A DNA stretch of 64,000 nt from NCBI GenBank assembly GCA_963748215.1, contig CAVVHS010000007.1, forward strand, positions 96,001 through 160,000, in the 5' to 3' direction. Of this stretch, positions 21,133 through 31,089 are shown one piece after another (positions within the stretch are counted from its first letter, which is position 1; every line of letters begins with the position of its first letter). The stretch comes from an uncultured Gammaproteobacteria bacterium (GTDB lineage Bacteria; Pseudomonadota; Gammaproteobacteria; UBA9214). Both the position numbers and the translations under genes were made by a program. The notes under the pieces are model-generated. The model was not told the DNA's origin. It saw only the letters and a program-made list of their open reading frames with translations, and did no database searches.

Positions 21133-21594
21133 TTATTCCATGTGCGTGCGATAGCCGCTGTTGTGCAGGGTGTGGTCCATGGCTTGCATGGCGCGGTCAA
21201 AGTAATGCTCGATAGTGCTGCAGTTACCCGTCTTCAGGGCCAGGCGCAGTTGCCTGAGACCCTGCTCCAGTTCATCCGCCTCGCAATAGGCGGCGGCGCC
21301 GAGGATCTGGTGCACGCTGTCGCGCAGGCGCCGGTGATCGCCGGCCGCGAACGACTCGGCCATCCGTTTGCGGTAGTCCGGCAGTTCGATCAGCAGCTGG
21401 GCAAACAGCTCGTGCGGGAATTCCCGCGCGAGCTCATCGATATGCAGGTCCTCGGCGGGAAGTTCAGGCGCTGCTGCTACCGGCGGCACGGCATCCGGTT
21501 GCGGCGGCCGTGACCCGGTGCGGTGTTCGGGACGCGGCCGTGCATCGCGCAGTTCCCTGTACAGGTCGATCAGTTCATCGAAAATGGTCTTCAT
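21133..21594 (-). CDS. stand-alone HPt-domain protein
   Basis: Helical domain with VHQILGAAAYC (H-x-x-x-G phosphoacceptor pattern) preceded by a Pro-rich linker. Confidence 0.7.
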   Translation of the reverse strand: MKTIFDELIDLYRELRDARPRPEHRTGSRPPQPDAVPPVAAAPELPAEDLHIDELAREFPHELFAQLLIELPDYRKRMAESFAAGDHRRLRDSVHQILGAAAYCEADELEQGLRQLRLALKTGNCSTIEHYFDRAMQAMDHTLHNSGYRTHME

Positions 21595-21783
21595 ATCGCT
21601 TCCGGTGCGCGGTGCCGGCAGCGGACCGGGATAGCCCGACTGGCGCAGCGGCTGGATGGAAACAATGCTACTGCATCTCCGGCGCAGTCACCATCTGCAG
21701 CACGTCAGCGTATGCAGACAATGACTGTCTGAATTTCCCGGTTCTTCGGTATACTGTCTGCCTCCAACGAGGGTGGCTAACTG

Positions 21784-22674
21784 ATGGAATTCCCGACCAT
21801 TGAGGCAACGATCGGCAATACGCCACTGGTGCGTCTGCAGCGGCTGCCGGGTGCGACGGGCAACGCCGTGCTGGCAAAACTCGAGGGCAACAACCCGGCC
21901 GGGTCGGTGAAGGATCGTCCGGCGCTGAGCATGATCCGCCACGCCGAATTGCGCGGCGAAATCAGACCGGGCGACACCCTGATCGAGGCCACCAGCGGCA
22001 ATACCGGTATTGCGCTGGCGATGGTCGCGGCGATCAAGGGCTATCGCATGGTGCTGATCATGCCCGAACACATGAGCGTCGAACGGCGCGCCGTGATGAA
22101 GGCGTACGGCGCCGAAATCGTGCTGGTGAGCAAGGCCGCCAGCATGGAAGGCGCGCGTGACCTGGCCAAGGAGATGGAGACGCGCGGCGAGGGCAAGGTG
22201 CTCGACCAGTTTTCCAATCCCGACAATCCGCTTGCACATTACGAAGGCACCGGCCCGGAGATCTGGCGTGATACCGGGGGCAGGGTGACCCACTTCGTCA
22301 GTGCCATGGGCACCACCGGTACCATCATGGGGACCTCGCGCTACCTCAAGGAGCAGAATCCGGGCATCGAGATCGTCGGCGTCACGCCGGCCGAGGGCTC
22401 GGCGATTCCCGGCATACGCCGCTGGCCGGAGGCCTATCTGCCGTCCATTTTCAACGCTGCTGACGTGGACCGGACCATCGAGGTGACCCAGGCCGACGCC
22501 GAGGCGACCACGCTGGCGCTGGCGGCGCGTGAAGGCATCTTCGCCGGAATCTCGTCAGGTGGCGCGGTAGCCGCTGCCCTGGCGCTGGCGCGGCAGGTCG
22601 AAAACGCCATCATCGTGGCCATCATCTGCGACCGTGGTGACCGTTACCTCTCCACCGGGGTGTTTCCCGACTGA
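21784..22674 (+). CDS. cysM: cysteine synthase B
   Basis: GNTPLV, NPAGSVKDR, TSGNTG, GTTGT, GIRRWP. Confidence 0.95.
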   Translation: MEFPTIEATIGNTPLVRLQRLPGATGNAVLAKLEGNNPAGSVKDRPALSMIRHAELRGEIRPGDTLIEATSGNTGIALAMVAAIKGYRMVLIMPEHMSVERRAVMKAYGAEIVLVSKAASMEGARDLAKEMETRGEGKVLDQFSNPDNPLAHYEGTGPEIWRDTGGRVTHFVSAMGTTGTIMGTSRYLKEQNPGIEIVGVTPAEGSAIPGIRRWPEAYLPSIFNAADVDRTIEVTQADAEATTLALAAREGIFAGISSGGAVAAALALARQVENAIIVAIICDRGDRYLSTGVFPD

Positions 22675-24758
22675 ATGCCCATGCCCGGAGCACGGGTCAT
22701 CGCGGGATTGCTGCCGGGCCTGTGTCTGCTGGCGGTGACGAGTTTCTCTACCCTGGCCGTCGACGAGGCCGGTATCACGCTCGGCAGTGTGTCAGGGCCG
22801 GGCTGGTCGGTCGAGGACATCGCGCTGCATACCGGCTGGCCGCAGACCGGGCAGGCCAGCGTGCTGCTGACCGCGGCACGCGCCGACCTGCCGGAGCCGC
22901 TGGGTCGCATCACCGGTCTCAAGCTGACCTGCCCGGCACTGCAACTCGATAGCGAGATGCTCCGCTGTGCGGCCGGCACCCTCGAAGCACAATCCAGCCA
23001 GCTCGACCGTCAGACGAATCACAAGCAGCTTCAGTATCGCTTCAGCGATGGCCGGCTCGAGGTACGCCTGCAGGGTATCCGTTACCTGGGCGGACAACTC
23101 GCGCTGGCCGCGCGCTACACGGCAGCCGGCTGGACGCTGGATGTCGACGGCCGCAGCCTGTCGCTGCAGCAGGTAACCGCACAGGCCGGCAGGCTGGGGT
23201 ATCCGCTGCCGCTGCTGGAGGGTGACGGCGAGCTTGCGCTCACGGCCAGCCTGCGTGGTGCCGGTGGCGAGATCGCGGCTGCCGATGTACAGACCCGGGT
23301 GCAGGGGGCGGGGATTTCCAATGCGGCGGGCAGCATCGCCGGGGAGGATGTGGATCTCGGCATCGACGTGCAGGCCCGGCCGTATTCCTCCGGCTGGCAC
23401 GTGCAGCTGGCCGTGCGCGCCGAACGCGGCGGGTACTACGTGGAACCGGTGTATCTTGCCATCCCGGAACGGCCGGTGGAGGCCACGGTGCGCCTGGACT
23501 GGCTGGCACAGCGCAAGGTGCTCGTGTGCACGAACTCGACTACCGCCACCCCGGCTGCATCCAGCTGGCCGCGCGGGGCCGTATCGGTCTCGCGGCGGCG
23601 ACACTGGTGACCGAGCTTGAAGTCGATGTGCAGGAGGCCGCGCTGGGCCCGCTGTACATCAGCTACCTGCAGCCGTGGCTGACCGGTACGCCGGCCGGGC
23701 GCCTGACGGCGTCCGGTGCGCTGTCCGGCCGCCTGGTGGTGCGCGACAATGCCCCCGTCACGGCACAGCTGAAACTTCAGGATGTCAACCTGGATGACCA
23801 GGATGGCCTGTTCGGGTTCACGGGGCTGGCCGGTAACCTGGACTGGTCAGACACGCAGACCCCCGAATATTCAGCACTGACCTGGCAGGACGGTCATGTC
23901 TACCGCATCGCGCTGGGGCCGGTGCAGATCGAAGCGGAGTCGGTCGGCAACACGGTGCAGCTGGTGCGCCCGACCGGTATCCCGGTGCTGGACGGTACGC
24001 TGCAGATCGATTCCTTCGACCTGGCCCATGTCGCCGGAAAGCCCTTGCGCTGGCATGTGGATGGCCTGCTCACGCCGGTGTCGATGAAACAGCTCACCGC
24101 GGCGCTGGACTGGCCGGAATTCGGTGGCAAGCTGTCGGGCGTGATTCCGTCAGTCCGCTACGAGGACGGCAAGCTGGAAGTCGGTGGCGTGTTGCTGGTA
24201 CGCGTCTTCGATGGTGTGGTCACGCTGCGCAACCTGCAGCTGGACAGCCCGCTGGGGCTGGTGCCGCGCCTGCAGGTGGACGCGCGCATCGACAAGGTCG
24301 ACCTGGAACAGCTCACGCGGACTTTCTCCTTCGGCCGCATCGAGGGCCGTCTGGATGGCCGTATCGACGGCCTGCGCATGGAGTCCTGGCGACCGGTGGC
24401 GTTCGATGCGGAGTTTGCCACGCCCGAGGATGACAGGTCGCGGCACCGCATCAGCCAGAAGGCCGTCGACAATATCGCCAATATCGGCGGTGGGGGTGTC
24501 GGCGGCGCGGTGTCGCGCAGTTTCCTGCGCTTCCTGGAGGATTTTCCCTATGACCGGCTCGGGATCCGCTGCCGGCTGGAGAACGGCGTGTGCGATATGG
24601 GTGGCGTGGAGCCTGCGCAACAGGGCTACTACCTGGTCAAGGGGCGGTTCATCCCGCCGCGCCTGGACGTGGTCGGCTACGCGGAGCGGGTCAACTGGAA
24701 CAGCCTGGTGGCACAGATAATTTCAGTCACCGGCAAGCAGAATATTGTCGTAGAATGA
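22675..24758 (+). CDS. YdbH/AsmA-like beta-taco protein (split by a frameshift near 23526)
   Basis: Two overlapping beta-rich ORFs (22675-23610, 23526-24758) join as KVLV-HELDY; C-terminal LEQLTRTFSFGRIEGRLDG, ISQKAVDNI; followed by a YdbL-like gene. Confidence 0.65.
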
Positions 24759-24842
24759 CCCGGCATGCCGGCGCCGTGTTAACCTCCCGGCCATAATTCC
24801 GTTAGTGATTTGAAGAGTTTCCAAACCTGCCAGAGGTATGTC

Positions 24843-25478
24843 ATGACAACACTGCGTATTCCGATGTCCCTGTTCCTGCTGCTGTTCGTCACCGCCTGCG
24901 TTACCATCAACGTGTATTTTCCGGCCGAGGCGGCCGAGAAGGCCGCGGACCGGATCATCATGGACGTCTACGGCGTTGCCCCGCCGCAAGTACCTCAGAC
25001 ACCGCAGACACCCCAGGTGCCGCAGCAGGCGCCGGCACAGCCGCAATCCATGCGCGATGTGACCGGATTACCGGCCCGGGCGTTGTCGGTTGTACTCGAC
25101 TGGCTGGTGAGCCCGGCGCATGCCGAAGCCGATCTGTCGATCAATACCCCGGCGATCCGGCAGCTCACCGCAAGCATGGAGGCGCGCCATCGTACGCTGG
25201 GGCCGTACTATGCCTCGGGGGCCGTAGGCATGACGCGTGATGGCCAGATCGACGTGCGCGACCAGAAGCTGGTGCCGCTGGCGGAGCGCAACACGGTCCG
25301 CAACCTGGTGGCGGAGGAAAACCGCGACCGCAGCGCACTGTATGCCGAGATGGCGAATGCCAACGGTCACCCGGAATGGGAGGGCGAGATTCGCGCGACG
25401 TTTGCCCGTCGCTGGGTGGACAATGCGCGTGCCGGCTGGTGGTACATGGACGGCAGCGGCGCCTGGAAACAGAAATAG
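24843..25478 (+). CDS. lipoprotein with YnbE-like N-terminus and YdbL/DUF1318 domain
   Basis: Lipobox VTAC then VTINVYFP; Pro/Gln linker; ENRDRSALY.E.A, FARRWV..ARAGWWY. Confidence 0.75.
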   Translation: MTTLRIPMSLFLLLFVTACVTINVYFPAEAAEKAADRIIMDVYGVAPPQVPQTPQTPQVPQQAPAQPQSMRDVTGLPARALSVVLDWLVSPAHAEADLSINTPAIRQLTASMEARHRTLGPYYASGAVGMTRDGQIDVRDQKLVPLAERNTVRNLVAEENRDRSALYAEMANANGHPEWEGEIRATFARRWVDNARAGWWYMDGSGAWKQK

Positions 25479-25507
25479 GTCGCGGAAGACACGTCGCAAC
25501 TATTACA

Positions 25508-25589
25508 GCCACAGAGGGCACAGAGTACACAGAGACTTTGACTGTCAAGAGAAACGGATTTTCTCTGTGACCTCTGTGTGCCCTGTGGC
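25508..25589. repeat. triple-heptamer inverted repeat (CACAGAG x3)
   Basis: GCCACAGAGGGCACAGAGTACACAGAGA ... TCTCTGTGACCTCTGTGTGCCCTGTGGC. Confidence 0.75.
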
Positions 25590-25604
25590 GTATATTCCCG
25601 TCTC

Positions 25605-26381
25605 ATGAACATATTCGTATTCGATATCGAGACCGTGCCGGACGTGGCGGCCGGCCGGCGCCTGTACGAGCTTGACGGCCTGGATGACAAGGACGTCGGA
25701 CGGGTGATGTTTCACAAACGCGCTGAGGAAACCGGTGGTTCCGAATTCCTGCGCCACCACCTGCATCGCATTGTCGCGATATCCGTAGTCTTGCGTACGC
25801 CGGATCGGTTCAAGGTATGGACACTCGGCGACACCGATGCGCCGGAGCAGGAACTGCTGCAGCGGTTTTTCGATGGTATCGACCGCTTCACGCCGACGCT
25901 GGTGTCCTGGAACGGCTCCGGCTTCGACCTGCCGGTGATTCACTATCGCAGCCTGCTGCGTGGCGTTGCCGCCCCGCGTTACTGGGAAACCGGTGGCAGC
26001 GACCGGGAGTTCAAGTGGAATAACTACATCAGTCGCTATCATGAGCGGCACACCGACCTGATGGATGTACTGGCAGGCTACCAGCCGCGCGCCAGTGCGA
26101 AACTGGACGAAATCGCGACCCTGCTGGGTTTCCCCGGCAAGATGGGCATGAGCGGCGCGCATGTCTGGGACAGCTACCTGGCCGGCGATATCGACGGCAT
26201 ACGCAATTACTGCGAAACCGACGTGCTGAATACCTACCTGGTGTTCCAGCGCTTCGAGCTGATCCGCGGCCACCTCAGTGCGGACCAGTATCGCAAGGTG
26301 TGTAACGAGGTGCGCGCGGAGCTGGCTGCAGAGGACAAGCCACACCTTTCCGAGTTTCTCGAGAACTGGCAGGAAACATGA
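25605..26381 (+). CDS. PolB-like DEDD 3'-5' exonuclease
   Basis: FDIETVPD, SWNGSGFDLP, YCETDV. Confidence 0.88.
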   Translation: MNIFVFDIETVPDVAAGRRLYELDGLDDKDVGRVMFHKRAEETGGSEFLRHHLHRIVAISVVLRTPDRFKVWTLGDTDAPEQELLQRFFDGIDRFTPTLVSWNGSGFDLPVIHYRSLLRGVAAPRYWETGGSDREFKWNNYISRYHERHTDLMDVLAGYQPRASAKLDEIATLLGFPGKMGMSGAHVWDSYLAGDIDGIRNYCETDVLNTYLVFQRFELIRGHLSADQYRKVCNEVRAELAAEDKPHLSEFLENWQET

Positions 26382-26382
26382 C

Positions 26383-26527
26383 CTTGCGCAGAGACGCAGA
26401 GTTCGCAGAGGCAGCAACAAGGCCTGAACCCCTGCATTTCATCAGGCAAGGTTGTTGAAGCGCAGGCGTATGGATTCCTGTGTATGTCGGCAATGTTTTT
26501 TCTGCGAACTCTGCGTCTCTGCGCGAG
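26383..26527. repeat. triple-heptamer inverted repeat (CGCAGAG x3)
   Basis: CTTGCGCAGAGACGCAGAGTTCGCAGA ... TCTGCGAACTCTGCGTCTCTGCGCGAG, 27-bp IR with one G-U-type mismatch. Confidence 0.8.
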
Positions 26528-26593
26528 ATAATTAACCTCATTTATTTTCACCGCGGTCTCGGTTGCTGATTTCGTTCTCCACTACCCCGAATC

Positions 26594-27925
26594 ATGAGTA
26601 AACGTACCCGCAAGAAGCGCCTGCCAGGTCCGGTCGATCAGGTCACGATCGAATCGCTGACGCACGACGGCCGGGGCGTGACGCATGTCGATGGCAAGGC
26701 CGTGTTCATCGAGGGTGCGCTGCCCGGCGAACTGATCCGATTCGAGTACCTGGCCACACACAGTAAATTCGATGAAGGCAGGGCCACCGGAATACACCGG
26801 GCCTCGGCGGACCGCGTCACGCCGCGTTGTCCGCATTTCGGTATCTGCGGCGGTTGCAGCCTGCAGCATCTGGAGGCCGGTGCGCAGATCCGCGCCAAGC
26901 AGCAGGTGCTGCTGGACAACCTGCAGCGGATCGGCGGCGTCGTCCCGGAAGACATCCTGCCGCCCCTGACCGGGCCGGTCTGGGGTTACCGCAACAAGGC
27001 CCGCCTGGGTGTCAAGTACGTCATCAAGAAGGGCAGGGTGCTGGTCGGCTTCCGGGAACGGCGTGCCCCCTATGTCGCCGACCTGACGCGCTGCGAGGTT
27101 CTGCACCCGTCAGTCGGTGAGCGTATCGATCAGCTGGCTACACTGCTGGGCGAGCTGGACGGTCGTGCCCGCATTCCGCAGATAGAGGTCGCCGTGAGTG
27201 ATGCAGCCACAGCACTGGTGTTTCGCCACCTCGATCCACTGAGCGCGGCCGATCAGACGCGCCTGCAGGGGGTCGCGGACGAGCTGCGGATGCATGTCTA
27301 CCTGCAGCCGGCGGGGCCGGACACTGTGCATTCCCTCATGCCGGTCAACTCGGTACTGTCCTACAGCCTGCCGGAACAGCAAGTGGAGCTGCGTTTCAGG
27401 CCCAACGATTTCACCCAGGTCAACAGCGTTATCAATCGCCAGATGGTTGCGCGCGTACTGGAGATGCTGGCGCTGGACCGGTCCGATACCGTGCTTGACC
27501 TGTTTTGCGGGCTGGGTAATTTCACGCTGCCGATGGCGCGCCTGGCCGGATCGGTGACCGGCGTGGAAGGTGAGGCCGGGCTGGTTGACCGCGCGCGCGA
27601 TAACGCCAGGCTGAACGGGCTGGATAATATCGCATTACATGTCGCCGACCTGACTGCAGACCAGCGCCATGTGGCGTGGGCCGGTGGCGGCTACAACAAG
27701 GTACTGCTCGATCCGCCGCGCAGCGGCGCGGTCGGGGTGCTGGATGTGCTGGGCAATATCCATCCGCAGCGCCTGGTCTACGTGTCCTGTCATCCCGGTT
27801 CACTGGCGCGCGATGCAGGTATGCTGGTCAGTACGTACGGTTACCGTTTGCGGGCTGCAGGAGTGATGGATATGTTCCCGCATACCGCACACGTGGAATC
27901 GATTGCGCTGTTCGAATCCGCCTGA
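26594..27925 (+). CDS. rlmD: 23S rRNA (uracil1939-C5)-methyltransferase
   Basis: TRAM domain, CPHFGICGGC, FTQVN, DLFCGLGNF, LDPPRSG, YVSC, DMFPHTAHVE. Confidence 0.95.
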   Translation: MSKRTRKKRLPGPVDQVTIESLTHDGRGVTHVDGKAVFIEGALPGELIRFEYLATHSKFDEGRATGIHRASADRVTPRCPHFGICGGCSLQHLEAGAQIRAKQQVLLDNLQRIGGVVPEDILPPLTGPVWGYRNKARLGVKYVIKKGRVLVGFRERRAPYVADLTRCEVLHPSVGERIDQLATLLGELDGRARIPQIEVAVSDAATALVFRHLDPLSAADQTRLQGVADELRMHVYLQPAGPDTVHSLMPVNSVLSYSLPEQQVELRFRPNDFTQVNSVINRQMVARVLEMLALDRSDTVLDLFCGLGNFTLPMARLAGSVTGVEGEAGLVDRARDNARLNGLDNIALHVADLTADQRHVAWAGGGYNKVLLDPPRSGAVGVLDVLGNIHPQRLVYVSCHPGSLARDAGMLVSTYGYRLRAAGVMDMFPHTAHVESIALFESA

Positions 27926-27926
27926 A

Positions 27927-28032
27927 AGGGAGGCGACATTGTGGCCGTGAATCCTGCAGACATCGCCGGCTGCTGTCTTGCGATGCGCCCGGCAACGAAA
28001 ACCCGGCGCTGCAGCACGGCCACAGCCACCCT
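27927..28032. other. multi-stem structured intergenic element
   Basis: AGGGAGGC/GCCACCCT, TGTGGCCGTG/CACGGCCACA, CTGCAG/CTGCAG closing two internal hairpins. Confidence 0.45.
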
Positions 28033-28088
28033 GTCGTTGCGCCGTTGTTCATTCCGTCACCGTATGCCAGGTTCCCGGACCGGGATCG

Positions 28089-28685
28089 CTACTGGCGATA
28101 CCAGGTTTTCCTGAGTGCCTTGAACACCCGACGTGGGTACCAGTGTTTGCCAACGCTGCCGTTGTAGCGTGCCAGTGCCTTGTGCAGGTTGCCTCTCTCG
28201 CGTTTCAGGTAGATGCTGAGGATGGTGCAGCCAAAGCGCAGGTTGGTGGCGATGTCGAACAGGTTGTCTTCCGGATGACCGATCTCGTCCAGCCAGAACG
28301 GCATGATCTGCATCATGCCCTGTGCGCCGGCGGTGGAGATTGCGAAGCGATCGAAATTGCTTTCCACAGTGATCAGTGCCAGCACCAGCTCCGGTTCCAG
28401 GCCGGCGCGCCGGGCCTCGTAATGTACCTGCTTGAGGAAGTGCAGACGCTCCTGCGGGTCCTCGATGCGGGGCTCCAGGCGGTTGGACATGTCGGTAAGC
28501 CAGACCTCGGCATCGAAGCGGTCGATGAAGCTGTCGCTGGAGTTGATCGCCTCGATCAGCACCTGGCGCATTTCGGCATCCGGGCGTTCCAGGGTGGCGC
28601 TGCGGGTCTGCGGTGCGAGCAGCAGCAGGCCCGCCAGATAAACGGCAGTCAGGTAACGGGTTGTTTGCGGCGTGTGTGACGGCAT
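28089..28685 (-). CDS. SLT-domain lytic transglycosylase
   Basis: LITVESNF, GAQGMMQIMPFW, ALARYNG. Confidence 0.9.
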   Translation of the reverse strand: MPSHTPQTTRYLTAVYLAGLLLLAPQTRSATLERPDAEMRQVLIEAINSSDSFIDRFDAEVWLTDMSNRLEPRIEDPQERLHFLKQVHYEARRAGLEPELVLALITVESNFDRFAISTAGAQGMMQIMPFWLDEIGHPEDNLFDIATNLRFGCTILSIYLKRERGNLHKALARYNGSVGKHWYPRRVFKALRKTWYRQ

Positions 28686-28700
28686 ACCCGGTGTAACGGC

Positions 28701-30412
28701 TTAGTCCAGCAGCAGTTGATCCTGCAGGAAGGCGACGATTCCGCTACGCGGTATTTCCCGGTTCTCGCCGTCGCGCCGGGATTTGTATTCCAGTATGTCG
28801 TGATCGAGGTTTTTCTCACCCACCACGATACGGTGGGGAATGCCGATCAGCTCCATGTCGGAGAACATCACGCCGGGGCGCACCGGGCGGTCATCGAGCA
28901 GGACCTCGAAACCGGCCGCCAGCAACTCCTCGTAGAGCGCTTCGGTCGCCTCGCGCACCCGCTGGGATTTCTTCATGTTCATCGGCAGCAGCGCGACCTG
29001 GAAGGGTGCGATCGCATCCGGCCAGATGATGCCCTGCTCGTCGTTATTCTGCTCGATGGCGGCCGCGACCATGCGCGAGACGCCGATGCCGTAGCAGCCC
29101 ATGACCATGGGAATTTCCCTGCCCTGGTCATCCAGCACGGTGGCCTTCATCGCCTCGCTGTAGCGGGTCCCGAGCTGGAAGATATGGCCGACCTCGATGC
29201 CGCGTGCGATCACAAGCATGCCCTTGCCATCGGGGCTGGGGTCGCCGTCCACCACGTTACGCAGGTCGACGCTGTCCGGTGCAGGCAGGTCCCGCCCCCA
29301 GTTTACGCCACGCAGGTGCTGTCCATCCGTATTGGCACCGCAGATAAAATCTGCCAGCTGTGCGGCTGCATGGTCGACGATGACCGGGATCTGCAACCCG
29401 ACCGGCCCCAGCGAACCGCTCGGGCAGCCGGTCGATGCGATGATCTGGGCATCAGAGGCGAATTCCAGCGGCGCCTGGACGGCTGGGTGTTTTTCTGCCT
29501 TGATGGCGTTCAGGTCGTGGTCGCCGCGCAGCACCAGTGCGACGGCATCTGTTTTCTGCCCCTTACCACCAGGGTCTTGACGCACTGCTCAGGCCTGGCG
29601 TCCAGGAACGCACAAACCTCGGCAATACTGTGTGCTCCGGGCGTCGCCACGGTCTCCAGCTGCGCCTGCGGCGCCGGTGGCGTATCTGTTGCGGGTGGCG
29701 CCGGGACGGTCTCGACGTTGCCGGCGAAGTCGCTGTCGGTGGAAAACGCGATGGCGTCCTCACCGGAATCAGCCAGGACATGGAATTCCTGCGACATGCT
29801 GCCGCCGATGGCGCCGCTGTCCGCGCGCACGGCCCGGAATTTCAGGCCGGTGCGGCTGAAGATGCGCGAGTAGGTCTCGTACATGACCTGGTAGGTCGCT
29901 TCCAGCGAGGCCTGGTCGGCATGGAAGGAATAGGCGTCCTTCATGAGAAATTCACGCGCCCGCATGACGCCGAAGCGCGGGCGTATCTCGTCGCGGAACT
30001 TGGTCTGGATCTGGTAATAGTTGACCGGCAGCTGCTTGTAGCTGCGCAGCTCGCGGCGGGCGATGTCGGTGATGATTTCCTCGTGCGTCGGCCCGAAGCA
30101 GAATTCACGCGAGTGGCGGTCATTGATGCGCAGCAATTCCGGCCCGTACTTGTCCCAGCGACCGGATTCCTGCCAGAGCTCGGCCGGCTGTATGGCCGGC
30201 ATCAGCAGTTCCAGGGCGCCGGAATTGTCCATCTCCTCGCGCACGATGGCTTCGACCTTGCGCAGTACGCGCAGACCGAGCGGCAGCCAGCTGTAGACAC
30301 CGGCGGCCTGCTTGCGCAGCATGCCGGCACGCATCATGAGCTGGTGGCTGATGACCTCGGCATCGGCCGGGGTTTCTTTGAGGGTGGAGAGCGGGAATTG
30401 GGACAGGCGCAT
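28701..30412 (-). CDS. proS: proline--tRNA ligase (frameshift near 29563, probably an assembly error)
   Basis: [25 protein letters not shown] then [21 protein letters not shown]; restoring one A gives [21 protein letters not shown]. Confidence 0.95.
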
Positions 30413-30475
30413 GATAAGCGGAATGTATGGTTTGACAGGTTGCAGATTGTAGCGGTCCTGCCGGTATTGTACAGG

Positions 30476-30745
30476 CTAGCGCGTGGTGTCGAGCTGGGGC
30501 GGCACCGGCAGCACATTGACGTCCTCGCGGTAGTCAAGCGTCTCAAAGGAGGTGCCCGCCGGGGGCGGGGTATCGGTCACCTGCCATTCACCGCGGTCGT
30601 TGCGCCACTTGTAGAGTCGATCGGTCCCCGGGGTCGAAACGGCGTGTGGCAGGAGATCTTTCAGGTCTTTGACGGAGTCCGGATTGGTGTAGAGCCAGAG
30701 TCCGGCGCCTGCGGCCAGGATCACCAGCATCCAGACCGGCCGCAT
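30476..30745 (-). CDS. DUF4124-like membrane-anchored protein
   Basis: TM helix then LYKWRNDRGEWQVTDTPP. Confidence 0.75.
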   Translation of the reverse strand: MRPVWMLVILAAGAGLWLYTNPDSVKDLKDLLPHAVSTPGTDRLYKWRNDRGEWQVTDTPPPAGTSFETLDYREDVNVLPVPPQLDTTR

Positions 30746-31089
30746 CAGAATGTGCCGCTGTTCCAGCCCCACATCTTGCGGGGTGCATCGCTGAATTCGA
30801 TATAGATACGCTCCGGGTCGATACCGGCTTCCCCGGCAACCAGCTGGCACAGGACGCGGGACGCGTCTGCGGTAGCAGATTCCGGCAAGCCGATACTTTT
30901 AAGTTCCAGGTAAGCCAGCGGGGCATCGGTGCCGGCAAACAGCATGGCGGGATTGTGTTCCACGGAGGTCATCACATAGCGCTCGGGCTTGCCCAGTTGC
31001 TCGGCCACCAGCGCGGAGGCCCTGGCGGCTAGACTCTTCGCCTGTGCGGGTGCCAGCCCGGTATTGACCTGGATCCTGAGAAATGGCAT
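30745..31089 (-). CDS. MIF / phenylpyruvate tautomerase family protein
   Basis: N-terminal Pro (MPFLRIQVN), LGKPERYVM, LKSIG, RIYIEF, WGWNSGTF. Confidence 0.88.
   Translation of the reverse strand: MPFLRIQVNTGLAPAQAKSLAARASALVAEQLGKPERYVMTSVEHNPAMLFAGTDAPLAYLELKSIGLPESATADASRVLCQLVAGEAGIDPERIYIEFSDAPRKMWGWNSGTF

Noticed and set aside
24980-25045. 9-nt tandem repeats (CCGCAGACA-like)
   Set aside because: Simply encode the PQT/PQV linker of the lipoprotein
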